From assembly GCA_963770895.1 (NCBI GenBank), contig CAVYRF010000002.1, positions 288,001 through 352,000 on the forward strand: 64,000 bases of DNA, read 5' to 3'. Made by a program: the position numbers and the translations under genes. The stretch is from an uncultured Acidobacteriota bacterium (lineage in GTDB: Bacteria > Acidobacteriota > Thermoanaerobaculia > Multivoradales > UBA5704). This document shows, piece by piece, positions 10,787 to 19,441 of the stretch; the stretch's first letter is position 1; every line of letters begins with the position of its first letter. A model generated the notes under the pieces. The model saw only the letters and a list, made by a program, of their open reading frames with translations. It did no database searches and was not told the DNA's origin.

Positions 10787-11914
10787 CTAAGCCTGGGCGG
10801 CGGCGGAGTGGGAGCGGCGGGAGCCGCCGTTGCCGCTACCGCTGCCCCACAGCTGCCGCAGGCGGGCGATCGCCGTTTCGATCTGCTGCCGGCTGACGTC
10901 GCGGTGGGTGACCATGCGCGCTTCGTCCGGGCTGACCGGCGAGGCCAGCACGCCCGCGGCGCGAAGGCGGGCCACGCACGCCGCCAGCGGGCCCTCGGCG
11001 GGAGGGGCGCCGTCGCCGAACAGGCGGGCCGTCGGCCGGAACACCACGACGTTGGTGCGCACCGCCGCCAGGTCGATCTCGATGCCCGGCAGCTCGGCCA
11101 GGGCCGCCGCCAGCATCGCCGCGTGGACGTGATCGTCGGCCAGCCGCGCCGGCCCCTTGCGCAGCGCCACCAGCCCCGCCGCGGCCAGCACCCCCGCCTG
11201 GCGCATGCCGCCGCCCAGCATCCGGCGCACCCGCCGCGCCTCGTCGATCAGCCCCCGGCCACCGCACAGCATCGACCCCACCGGCGCCCCCAGCCCCTTG
11301 GACAGGCACACCATCACCGAATCGAAGCCGGCCGCGAGCGCCGGCACCGGCGTGCCCAGGGCCGTCGCGGCGTTCCAGATCCGCGCCCCGTCCAGGTGCA
11401 CCGGCAGCTGGTGGCGGCGCGCCACCGCCAGCAGCGCATCGGTCAGCGGCCGCTCGTAGACGCTGCCGCCCGCCAGGTTGTGACTGTTCTCCAACACCAG
11501 CAACCCGGTGCGCGACCGGTACGACACGTTGGGCGCGATCGCCGCCTCGACCGCCGCCGGGTGCAACAGCCCCTGCGGCGACGCGAGCGGCCGCGGCAGC
11601 AACCCCGAAAGCGCCGCCATCGCCCCCATCTCGAACACGAAGATATGGCTGCGGCTGTCGCACAGCACCTCGCTGCCGGGCCTGGCAAGCAGGTGCAGCG
11701 CGATCTGGTTGCCCATCATCCCGCTCGGCACGAACAGCGACGCCTCGTGCCCCAGCGCCGCCGCCGCCTCCTCCTCCAGCAGCCGCACCGTGGGGTCCTC
11801 GCCATACACGTCGTCCCCCACCTCCGCGCCCGCCATCGCCCGCCGCATCTCCTCGTCGGGCTTGGTCACCGTATCCGACCGCAGATCGATCGGCGCCGCC
11901 GCAACGTCGCTCAT
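10787..11914 (-). CDS. ltaE: Low-specificity L-threonine aldolase
   Basis: DLRSDTVT, GDDVYGEDP, HLDGAR, CLSKGLGAPVGS, GGGMRQAG. Confidence 0.93.
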   Translation of the reverse strand: MSDVAAAPIDLRSDTVTKPDEEMRRAMAGAEVGDDVYGEDPTVRLLEEEAAAALGHEASLFVPSGMMGNQIALHLLARPGSEVLCDSRSHIFVFEMGAMAALSGLLPRPLASPQGLLHPAAVEAAIAPNVSYRSRTGLLVLENSHNLAGGSVYERPLTDALLAVARRHQLPVHLDGARIWNAATALGTPVPALAAGFDSVMVCLSKGLGAPVGSMLCGGRGLIDEARRVRRMLGGGMRQAGVLAAAGLVALRKGPARLADDHVHAAMLAAALAELPGIEIDLAAVRTNVVVFRPTARLFGDGAPPAEGPLAACVARLRAAGVLASPVSPDEARMVTHRDVSRQQIETAIARLRQLWGSGSGNGGSRRSHSAAAQA

Positions 11915-13329
11915 CCAGGGCTCCTCTCGTTGCGACCAGAATCCGACGCGCCGGCCGTGGCCCGCACGCCGTCAGCGTCCGCAGGTACGCCACCAGCGCC
12001 ATCCGGGCCGCCGGCAGCCCCAGCCGGCTGGTCGTCATCGCCTGCCGCCGAACCGTCGGACCCGCCGAATGAAGACGCGCCACCTTCCCCCGGCTCGTCG
12101 GAGCCAGCTGCGTCGGAGCTGCCTGCCAAGTTCGCGGGATCGCCAGTCTGCACGTTTGGATACGCGACGGCTGGTACAGAGCCGGCCGCGTTTGACGGCG
12201 GCGCAACGCCGTCCGAGGCCGCATCCGAAGCCTCGGTCAGGTACTCCGCCAGCAACTCGGCAACCAGCCGCGGCAGCGGCGGCACCCACGACCGGGACTC
12301 AATTGGCGTCCCCTGCCGGTCGTCGCCGGACGCCGCCGCGGCGCTCAGCTCGCGGGCCAGGGGATCGAGCGCGGTCAGCACCGCCAGGTTGCCGTCGCGG
12401 ACCAGCGCCCCCACGTCGTGCGTCGTGGCATCCCAAAAGCGGGCGGCACGGAACAGCGACTGCGCCTGCTCCACCGGCCGCCCGACGCGCAGCCACAGAT
12501 CGCCGGCATACGCCAGCAGCCCGGCCACGCGCCGGTTCTCCGCGCGCAGCAGCGGCGGGCGGGGCAGCGGCCTGGCCACCAGCGGCGTCATGCCATGGCG
12601 GTGCGCAACGCGGGCAAAATCGCGCTCCGCCGGCGCCTGGCGGTGAAACAGCCCCTCGAACGCCTGCTCGTCGCGTCCCGCCGCCAGCAACCGCCGGTCG
12701 CCCGGCCCCAGCACCGGCGCCACCGCCTGCACGCACCGCACCCCCGCCGCCGCCAGCCGCCGGCAGCCCTCCTGCCACAGCGCCAGCTCGTCGGTGATCC
12801 CGGCCAGCAGCGGCCACACCGCCATCGCCCAAGCCGGCACCCGCTCCAAAACCCCCAGCTCACCCGCCAGCAGAGCCGGCAGCAGATCCACCACAAAGAC
12901 CGCCCCGGACATATCCAGGCCCGCACCACGGCCCACCGCCACACCAGACTCCGCGGTCCCACCACCCTCCGCGGTCATCCCAGAAGCCGCGGGGATACCC
13001 AGATCCTCACCACCGGCCAGCAGCTGCACCAGGACCGGCGTGCCGGCAGCGAGCAGCTGCGCGGCCAGCGCGTCGCGCTCCGCCGCCCGCCCGGCGGGAA
13101 CCGGCGGCAGGTAGACCAGGTCGTCGAAGCGAGCCGCGGTGCGCAGCGGCGCCGCTTGGCGCGAGCCGCGCCCCAGCCGCCCGGCAGCCAGGTCCAGCCA
13201 TGGCCCCGCAGGACCCGCCCAACCACGCGGCGCATACGCGATCCACAAATGCTCCGGCTCGGCCAGCTGGGAGCTGAATCGAAGGTCAGCCGCCGCGGCG
13301 GCGTCGGTGGCAGCGTGGTGATCCGGCAC
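11911..13329 (-). CDS. Hypothetical protein: degenerate radical-SAM-like barrel segment plus PolX-like N-terminal helix-hairpin-helix domain and acidic tail
   Basis: WPLLAGITD..L..GCRRLAAAGVRCV recalls SplB-like radical SAM C-terminal strands; ENRRVAGLL..AGD..QAQSLFRAAR...DVGALVRDGNL recalls the PolX 8-kDa domain; GTG start at 13329 chosen for upstream AGGA; stop overlaps ltaE start. Confidence 0.6.
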   Translation of the reverse strand: MPDHHAATDAAAAADLRFSSQLAEPEHLWIAYAPRGWAGPAGPWLDLAAGRLGRGSRQAAPLRTAARFDDLVYLPPVPAGRAAERDALAAQLLAAGTPVLVQLLAGGEDLGIPAASGMTAEGGGTAESGVAVGRGAGLDMSGAVFVVDLLPALLAGELGVLERVPAWAMAVWPLLAGITDELALWQEGCRRLAAAGVRCVQAVAPVLGPGDRRLLAAGRDEQAFEGLFHRQAPAERDFARVAHRHGMTPLVARPLPRPPLLRAENRRVAGLLAYAGDLWLRVGRPVEQAQSLFRAARFWDATTHDVGALVRDGNLAVLTALDPLARELSAAAASGDDRQGTPIESRSWVPPLPRLVAELLAEYLTEASDAASDGVAPPSNAAGSVPAVAYPNVQTGDPANLAGSSDAAGSDEPGEGGASSFGGSDGSAAGDDDQPAGAAGGPDGAGGVPADADGVRATAGASDSGRNERSPG

Positions 13330-13451
13330 GGTCAGATTCCTAGCGGCCTGTCCTGGAGAGTTCGACAGTGGATGGCGCCGCCATCCGGCGGCGCGGGCCG
13401 GGAGCGCCGCCGCAGGCATCGTCGAAACCTATGTCGAGGAAGCGGCAGGGC

Positions 13452-13565
13452 CTGTCGCCTGGCCCGGCACTCCCGGCAGGGAGGCCGGGGCTGTCGCCTG
13501 GCCCGGCACTCCCGGCAGGGAGGCCGGGGCTGTCGCCTGGCCCGGCACTCCCGGCAGGGAGCAAC
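13452..13565. repeat. Intergenic tandem repeat, about 3 x 39 bp
   Basis: Unit ctgtcgcctggcccggcactcccggcagggaggccgggg starts at 13452, 13491 and 13530; third copy diverges after 32 nt. Confidence 0.95.
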
Positions 13566-13620
13566 GCCGCCAGGGGACCGGAGGGCAAGAGAATGACGCG
13601 CACAGAAACCGGGCGAGACA

Positions 13621-14283
13621 CTAGCCCGTACCGGCAAAATCCGCGGCGCCTGGCCTGCCCTCGGGAGGGGCCGGCGGCACCAGGCCGCGGGCGGCGAGCA
13701 TGCGCTGGACGTACTTGGCGAGCACGTCCACTTCCAGGTTGACGCGATCCCCGGGCACCCGGTCGCCCAGCGTGGTGATGGCCAGGGTGTGCGGGATGAG
13801 AGTCACCTCGAAGCGGTCGTCGCTCAGCGACGCCACCGTCAGGCTCACCCCGTCGACCGTCACCGACCCCTTTTCCACCAGGAACGGCGCCAGCGCCGCC
13901 GGCAGCGAAAAGGCCAGCAGGCGGTGCTCGGTCAGGTCGCGCCGGCCCACCACTTCCGCGGTGCCGTCCACATGCCCCTGCACCAGGTGGCCGCCCAGCG
14001 GATCGCCCGCCCGCAGCGCCGGCTCCAGGTTGACCGCGGCGCCGTCGCGCAGGGCGCCCAGCGTCGTGCGCGCCAGCGTTTCGGGCGCCAGCTCCACCAC
14101 GCCACGGTCTTCCATCAGCTCCACGATCGTCAGGCACACGCCCGACACCGCCAGGCTGGCGCCCAGGCTCAACCCCGCCGCCACCCGCGGCCCAAACCCC
14201 ACCGCCAGACGCACCCCGCCCTGCCCCGACGGCCGCGGATCGCCCAGGATGCGCCCCCGCTCTTCAATCAATCCGGTAAACAT
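13621..14283 (-). CDS. ribE: Riboflavin synthase (alpha chain type)
   Basis: Diagnostic N-terminus MFTGLIE, GVCLT, VNLE, GGHLVQGHVDG, DGVSLT, VNLEVD. Confidence 0.96.
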   Translation of the reverse strand: MFTGLIEERGRILGDPRPSGQGGVRLAVGFGPRVAAGLSLGASLAVSGVCLTIVELMEDRGVVELAPETLARTTLGALRDGAAVNLEPALRAGDPLGGHLVQGHVDGTAEVVGRRDLTEHRLLAFSLPAALAPFLVEKGSVTVDGVSLTVASLSDDRFEVTLIPHTLAITTLGDRVPGDRVNLEVDVLAKYVQRMLAARGLVPPAPPEGRPGAADFAGTG

Positions 14284-14384
14284 GGTTCCCCCAACCGCGG
14301 GCCACGCAGTTCTGACCGCCGAGGCCCAGCGCCACCGCGCCGCCGCGGCATCGGAAACCGCTGCCGAGCCACCTTGACCGGCGT

Positions 14385-14448
14385 CCGCAAGGTGCATGGC
14401 ATGGAATGCTTCTGCCCCGCAAGGTGCATGACATGGAATGCTTCTGCC
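14385..14448. repeat. Tandem direct repeat, 2 x 32 bp with one mismatch
   Basis: ccgcaaggtgcatg(g/a)catggaatgcttctgcc at 14385 and 14417. Confidence 0.92.
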
Positions 14449-14461
14449 GCGTCACCGCCCC

Positions 14462-14617
14462 AGCCTATCGACAAACCCCCATCCCGTCCACAGAACGCCT
14501 TGCGTGGCCGTGGGGTATTCGTTGTAGGCCCTGCGGCGGCCCGACGACCGGCATCCACTACGACCCCACGCCCATGGCCTTGTCCTGGGGATGTGGTTGG
14601 CGATGCCTCGACGAGCT
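14462..14617. repeat. Imperfect long palindromic element (MITE/REP-like)
   Basis: Nested inverted pairs agcctatcga/tcgacgagct, catccc/gggatg and cgtggggt/accccacg; non-coding. Confidence 0.35.
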
Positions 14618-14656
14618 CCCGGCTTCCTTGACGCCAGCCTGGCGGGCCCCAACTCC

Positions 14657-14833
14657 TCAGCAGGGAGTGCTATTGAACAAGCACAGCCCACCGTGATTGG
14701 CGCAGCAATGGAAACCCGGAGGGCAGGGGTTGCAGCTTCGCGCCGGGGCCGACTTGGGCGGGCGAGCGGCGGCGGACGCAGCACCAGCCAAGACCAAGGT
14801 GAGAACGAGGAAACGCAGTACCGTTTGGCGCAT
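14657..14833 (-). CDS. Small secreted cysteine-rich peptide (58 aa)
   Basis: MRQTVLRFLVLTLVLAGAASAAARPPKSAPARSCNPCPPGFHCCANHGGLCLFNSTPC*; GAGAGG Shine-Dalgarno 8 nt upstream; signal peptide plus six Cys. Confidence 0.75.
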   Translation of the reverse strand: MRQTVLRFLVLTLVLAGAASAAARPPKSAPARSCNPCPPGFHCCANHGGLCLFNSTPC

Positions 14834-15002
14834 GACGCACACCTCTCTGGGGCGTTTGACGAAATGCCCTCTCGAAGAGCCCGTGCGCCGCGTCCGGGGA
14901 ACCGAGACGAAGGGACCGGCTCCGGCCCCAGCCTGCCGCAGCCCGGAAAGCGGCAGCCGCCGTCGCGATGCTCCAGGGCGCGGGGCGGCTGCGGTCGGTT
15001 TG

Positions 15003-16283
15003 CTAGTGGACGTCCAGGCCGTTGAGCAGCCAGGCGGTGGCGGTGCCGGGGGAGGCGGACAGGTAGCCCACCACGGCGGTGTTCTGCGAAACGGCGACGA
15101 CGCCGCCGAAGCCCGCGCCGGGCAGGTTGGCGGCGGGGGTGAAGGCGCTGGTGGGGGTCCAGCTGTGGCGCAGGCGGGCGAAGGTGTAGACGGCGCCGGC
15201 CTTGGACGCGTCGCCGACGGTGGTCGCCGGGGCACCCACCACCAGGTCGCCGCCCGAAAGGGACAGGGCGCTGCCGAATGCGCCTGCCGCGGGGTCGGAG
15301 GGCACCACGTCCTGCTGGTGCACCCAGCTGCCGCCGGCGTGGATGTAGAGCGACACGCGCTGGTTTTCGGGGTCGCCGACGGCCAGCGTTTCGTTGGAGG
15401 CGGCGAGCGCGGCGCCGAAGGAGTTGGTGGTGCCGCCGCCTTCGAGCACCACGACGCGCGACCACGCGCCGCCCTTGCGCTGGAAGACTTCGACCAGGCC
15501 GGGGGCGCCTACCATGACCGCCTGGTGCGCCACCGCCACGGCCTGGCCGAACAGGTCCGTTGCCGTCGATTCGGGCCGCAGGACCGCTTGCAGGGCAAAG
15601 CCGCTGCTCTGGGTGTAGATCGAGGCCGTGCCGTCCGCCTCGCCCGAATCGCCCGGCGCCCCCACCACCAGAGTGTCGCCGGCGAGCGCCAGCGCCAGCC
15701 CAAAGCCCGGTCCGGCGGCGGCCGGCGGCTCCAGGGTGGCGGCCTGCTTCCAGGTCCCGCCGCTACGCGTGTAGACGTAGACCGCGCTGGCGTTGGTCGC
15801 GTCGGACCCCGCGCCGACGGCCAGGGTGTCGCCGGACAGCGCCATCACGCTGCCATAGAAGCTTTGCGGCTGGGACCCCAGCGGGCTCACAAGCCGCGCC
15901 TGCACCGCCCAGGCGCCGGCCGTCCTGACAAACACCCACACCGCCGGCACGCCGCGAAAGAACCCGGACACCGCCGCGGTGTCGCCCGAGATCGCCACCT
16001 GGTACCCATACGGCACCGGCAAACCCACCGGCTGCAACTCGCCGCTCGGCGCCCGCAACACCGGCGCTGCCGCCGCCGGCTCTTCCGCCGCCGCACCTTC
16101 CACGCCGCTCCCGCCAGCCGCGGCCGGGGAAGCAGCTGCCACCGGCCAGGTGGCGGCAGCTGCCGGACCAGGCGCCGCCAGGAATGATGCCGCCAGAACC
16201 ACCGCCATCAGCAACGCCGCTCCCACTTCCTTCCGCACAAGACTCGACAGCCGCCGCGAGGCGCGTGCAACCAGGGTTCGCAT
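15003..16283 (-). CDS. Secreted FG-GAP repeat (integrin-alpha-like beta-propeller) protein
   Basis: Repeats FG.ALALAGDTLVVGAP, FGQAVAV...VGAP, FGAALA...AVGDP, FGSALSLSGGDLVVGAP; signal-like N-terminus; AAAGGAG Shine-Dalgarno. Confidence 0.88.
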   Translation of the reverse strand: MRTLVARASRRLSSLVRKEVGAALLMAVVLAASFLAAPGPAAAATWPVAAASPAAAGGSGVEGAAAEEPAAAAPVLRAPSGELQPVGLPVPYGYQVAISGDTAAVSGFFRGVPAVWVFVRTAGAWAVQARLVSPLGSQPQSFYGSVMALSGDTLAVGAGSDATNASAVYVYTRSGGTWKQAATLEPPAAAGPGFGLALALAGDTLVVGAPGDSGEADGTASIYTQSSGFALQAVLRPESTATDLFGQAVAVAHQAVMVGAPGLVEVFQRKGGAWSRVVVLEGGGTTNSFGAALAASNETLAVGDPENQRVSLYIHAGGSWVHQQDVVPSDPAAGAFGSALSLSGGDLVVGAPATTVGDASKAGAVYTFARLRHSWTPTSAFTPAANLPGAGFGGVVAVSQNTAVVGYLSASPGTATAWLLNGLDVH

Positions 16284-16320
16284 GCAGATCTCCTTTCTGG
16301 AAAGACAGCCTGGGCCGAAA

Positions 16321-16384
16321 CCGCAAGCCTAGATTGTCTCTGCATGCTACCCATCGAAGCCTAGAATGTCAATGCATGCGACCC
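16321..16384 (-). promoter_or_regulatory. Sigma70 promoter TTGACA-N17-TAGCAT overlapped by two 32-bp-period direct repeats
   Basis: Minus-strand -35 at 16372-16367, -10 at 16349-16344; repeats aagcctagattgtctctgcatgc (16325) and aagcctagaatgtcaatgcatgc (16357), 20/23 identical. Confidence 0.75.
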
Positions 16385-16385
16385 C

Positions 16386-17729
16386 TCACCGCAACACCCG
16401 CTCCAGCAGCTGCTCCAGGCACCCCTGCCGCAAACCGGCAAGAATGAGGTCGCCGCCGCGCCGTTGGGCGTGGAGATGCTCCAGCCGCGGCGCGGCTCCG
16501 AGCGCCGGCGCGCCGGCGCCGCCCAGGGGACCGGGGGCGGTTGCGCCGCCGATCAGCAGCGGCGCGCAATCGACCGCCACCTGGTCGTACAGCCCGCTCG
16601 CCACGAAGCTGGCCAGCACCTCGGCGCCGCCCTCGACCAAAACGCTGCGCACGTCGCGCGCGTACAGGTCCGCCAGCACGGCGGCCGGCTCGACCGCCGG
16701 CAACGTCACCACGGTGGCGCCGCGCTCCTCCAGCTGCCGCCGTCCCGCGACGTCGCCAGCTTCCGTATAGATCAGGATCGGCCCGGGCACCGAGAACAGC
16801 CGCCAGTGGAACGCTCTCTGCGCCGGCGTTCGCGATGCATCTGCCGTCTGCGCTTGGGCGTCGGTCTGCAGCTGCTCCGCTGGCGGGCTGGCGGCGGCAG
16901 CCTGCGGCTTCTCGACGCCCTGAGTGCTGTTCGCGGTGGCGGGCCGCCTGTTCATCCCCGGCGCTACAGGAATGCTCGCCAGGCCCTCTGCCGGCGGCTC
17001 CGCCACAGTTTGATGGCTGACGCTGCCGGCCGCGGCGCCGCCGCCGGCCAGGCGCAGGCGGCGGTCCAGGACGACTCGGATACCGGGCTTGCCGGCGAAG
17101 CCCAGGCGGCGGTCCAGGCGCGGGTCGTCGGCCAGGACGGTGCCGCTGCCTACCAGGACGGCGTCGTGCTCTTCGCGCTGCGCCAGGGCCCAGCGGCGGC
17201 CGCGCGGCGAGGAGATCCATTGGCTTTGACCGCCGGCGGTGGCGATCTTGCCGTCCAGGCTCATGGCCCATTTGAGGGTGACCTGGGGACGGCCGGCGAT
17301 GGCGGCGACCAGGAAGCGCAGGTTGAGGCGCGCGGCCTGGGCGGCCAGGGTGCCGACCTCGACCGGGATGCCGGCGTCGCGCAGGCGCGCGAAGCCCTTG
17401 CCGGCGACGCGCGGGTCGGGGTCGCCGTGGCAGGCCACGACGCGGGCGATGCCGGCCGCCACCACCGCGTCGGCGCAGGGCGGCGTGCGGCCGTGGTGGG
17501 CGCAGGGCTCCAGGGTGACGTAGAGGGTGGCGCCGCGGGCGCGCTCGCCGGCGGCGGCCAACGCCGCGGCCTCGGCGTGCGGGCCGCCGACCTGGGCGTG
17601 CCAGCCGGCGCCGACGACCTCGGAACCGTGCGCCAGGACGGCCCCGACCATGGGGTTGGGCGCCGCGCGGTAGCGGCCGCGGGCGGCCAGGCGCAGCGCC
17701 TGGCGCAGGGCTTCAGCCGAGGAGAGCAG
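16386..17729 (-). CDS. ribD: Bifunctional riboflavin biosynthesis deaminase/reductase RibD
   Basis: PNPMVGAV, HAE, TLEPCAHHGRTPPC, SLDGKIA, VEGG; conserved N-terminus extends to a probable CTG start at 17729. Confidence 0.93.
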   Translation of the reverse strand: MLSSAEALRQALRLAARGRYRAAPNPMVGAVLAHGSEVVGAGWHAQVGGPHAEAAALAAAGERARGATLYVTLEPCAHHGRTPPCADAVVAAGIARVVACHGDPDPRVAGKGFARLRDAGIPVEVGTLAAQAARLNLRFLVAAIAGRPQVTLKWAMSLDGKIATAGGQSQWISSPRGRRWALAQREEHDAVLVGSGTVLADDPRLDRRLGFAGKPGIRVVLDRRLRLAGGGAAAGSVSHQTVAEPPAEGLASIPVAPGMNRRPATANSTQGVEKPQAAAASPPAEQLQTDAQAQTADASRTPAQRAFHWRLFSVPGPILIYTEAGDVAGRRQLEERGATVVTLPAVEPAAVLADLYARDVRSVLVEGGAEVLASFVASGLYDQVAVDCAPLLIGGATAPGPLGGAGAPALGAAPRLEHLHAQRRGGDLILAGLRQGCLEQLLERVLR

Positions 17730-18780
17730 AGGCGAACTCCCGGGCGCGGAACTCCACCAGGTCGTCGGCCCCTTCGCCGACGCCCAGGTAGAGGACCGGC
17801 AGGCGCAGCTCGCGGGTCACCGCCACCGCCATGCCGCCCTTGGCCGTGCCGTCGAGCTTGGCGAGCAGCACGCCGTCGACCGGCACCACCTGGCTGAAGG
17901 TGCGGGCCTGCGCCAGGGCGTTCTGCCCGGTGGTGGCGTCGAGCACCAGCAGGGTGCGCCGCGTAAAATCCGCCCCCTCGCGGTCGATCACCCGCCGGAT
18001 CTTGCTGAGCTCGGCCATCAGGTGATCCTTGGTGTGCAGCCGGCCTGCGGTGTCGACCAGCAGCTGGTCGATCTTGCGCGCCCGCGCCGCCTGGATGGCG
18101 TCGAACACCACCGCCGCCGGATCGGCGCCGAACGGCTGGCGGATGACGTCGATCCCCAGGCGCTGCCCCCACAGCGCCAGCTGCTCGACCGCGGCGGCGC
18201 GGAAGGTGTCTCCCGCAGCGAGCATCACGCGCTGCCCCCCCCGCTGGTACAGCCGCGCCAGCTTGGCGATCGAGGTGGTCTTGCCGACGCCGTTGACCCC
18301 CACCACCAGGGTCAGCTGCGGCCCACCGCGCCGCCCCGCCGACGCCGCCGCCACCACAGCGGCACCCAACCCGGCACCGCCGGCGCCGGCCACCCCGCCG
18401 CCCCCCGGCCGCACGGGACCGCGCACCTCTTCGAGCAGCCCGGCCATCTCGTCGGCGAGCAGCTTGCGCAGCCGCGCCGGGCTCGCCGCCTGCTCGCGCG
18501 TGGCGTTGCGCTTCACGCGCTCGACCAGCGCCATCGACGTTTCGACGCCCAGGTCGGCGGCGATGAGGATCTCTTCGAGGTATTCGAGCGTCGCGTCGTC
18601 CAGCTCCGCCCGCCCTTCCAGGGTGGCGCTCATCTTGGAGATGAGCTCGGTGTGGGTCATCGTCAGCCCACGCTTGAGCTTCTGCCAGAAGCCCTGCTGC
18701 TCTTCCTCTTCCGGCGCCCGCAGCTCGGGCGCCAGCTCCAGGATCTCGCTCTGCTTCTTGTCGTCTGCCATGTCGCTCAT
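17713..18780 (-). CDS. ftsY: Signal recognition particle receptor FtsY
   Basis: GVNGVGKTTSIAKLA, DTFRAAA, DTAGR, DATTGQN, KLDGTAKGG. Confidence 0.97.
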   Translation of the reverse strand: MSDMADDKKQSEILELAPELRAPEEEEQQGFWQKLKRGLTMTHTELISKMSATLEGRAELDDATLEYLEEILIAADLGVETSMALVERVKRNATREQAASPARLRKLLADEMAGLLEEVRGPVRPGGGGVAGAGGAGLGAAVVAAASAGRRGGPQLTLVVGVNGVGKTTSIAKLARLYQRGGQRVMLAAGDTFRAAAVEQLALWGQRLGIDVIRQPFGADPAAVVFDAIQAARARKIDQLLVDTAGRLHTKDHLMAELSKIRRVIDREGADFTRRTLLVLDATTGQNALAQARTFSQVVPVDGVLLAKLDGTAKGGMAVAVTRELRLPVLYLGVGEGADDLVEFRAREFASALLG

Positions 18781-18910
18781 CCCTGCCGGCTCAACCAGCT
18801 AGTGCCCCACACCAGGGTCGTCGTCTCCCGTCGTTGCCTTTCTTATCCGGTCGCCGCCCATCGTTTCCGATCGCACCCTGCCGCCCGGTCGGCCTGTCGC
18901 GTCCCGCCGC

Positions 18911-19306
18911 TCAGATAGCCGACCCCGGGCGCGCCGGTCCGGCGTCGGGGAACAGCTCCCGGCTGAGCTGCCGCACCGCCTCTTCGAGGCTGGCCCGCGC
19001 CCGCGCCACCAGCGCCGGCTGGCGCTGCACCATCGCCAGGTAGTAGCCGTCGGGCAGCGGCACCGCGTAGATGTGCACGGCGCTCTTTTCGATGTGCACC
19101 AGGTGCGGTTCGCCCAGGTGATTGTGGGCGAACACCTTTTCGAGCTGCCGCAGGTAGATGCCCAGATAGGCGCCCAGCACGCGCATCTCGTAGGGGGCGA
19201 GCCCGCTCGAGGCCAGGTCCACGGTCTCGCCGCCGGCGTCCAGGAACAACACCCCCAGGCAATCGTCGTTGTTGGCGATCAGGTTGGCGAGCACGTATTG
19301 GAACAT
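18911..19306 (-). CDS. Roadblock/LC7 (MglB-like) domain protein
   Basis: 131 aa; MFQYVL..L......GVLFLD..GE.V pattern and C-terminal ARARASL..AV..L helix. Confidence 0.65.
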   Translation of the reverse strand: MFQYVLANLIANNDDCLGVLFLDAGGETVDLASSGLAPYEMRVLGAYLGIYLRQLEKVFAHNHLGEPHLVHIEKSAVHIYAVPLPDGYYLAMVQRQPALVARARASLEEAVRQLSRELFPDAGPARPGSAI

Positions 19307-19441
19307 GGTCGGTGGGGGTGCCTTTCAGGTTGCTGGCAACGGCGGCCGGCGGTGGAACGATCTGCCCGTTGTGCCTGGCGCCTGACGCGTCGATCGCAGG
19401 GGCACCGCTCTCCGGGTCGCCGGGTCGCCGCGTCGCCGGGG

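Noticed and set aside
13452-13565. CRISPR array
   Set aside because: Units are contiguous with no unique spacers, and there are no cas genes in the window
14284-14460. FMN riboswitch upstream of ribE
   Set aside because: No AGGGTGAAATTCCC-like core; the region is a simple 2 x 32 bp duplication
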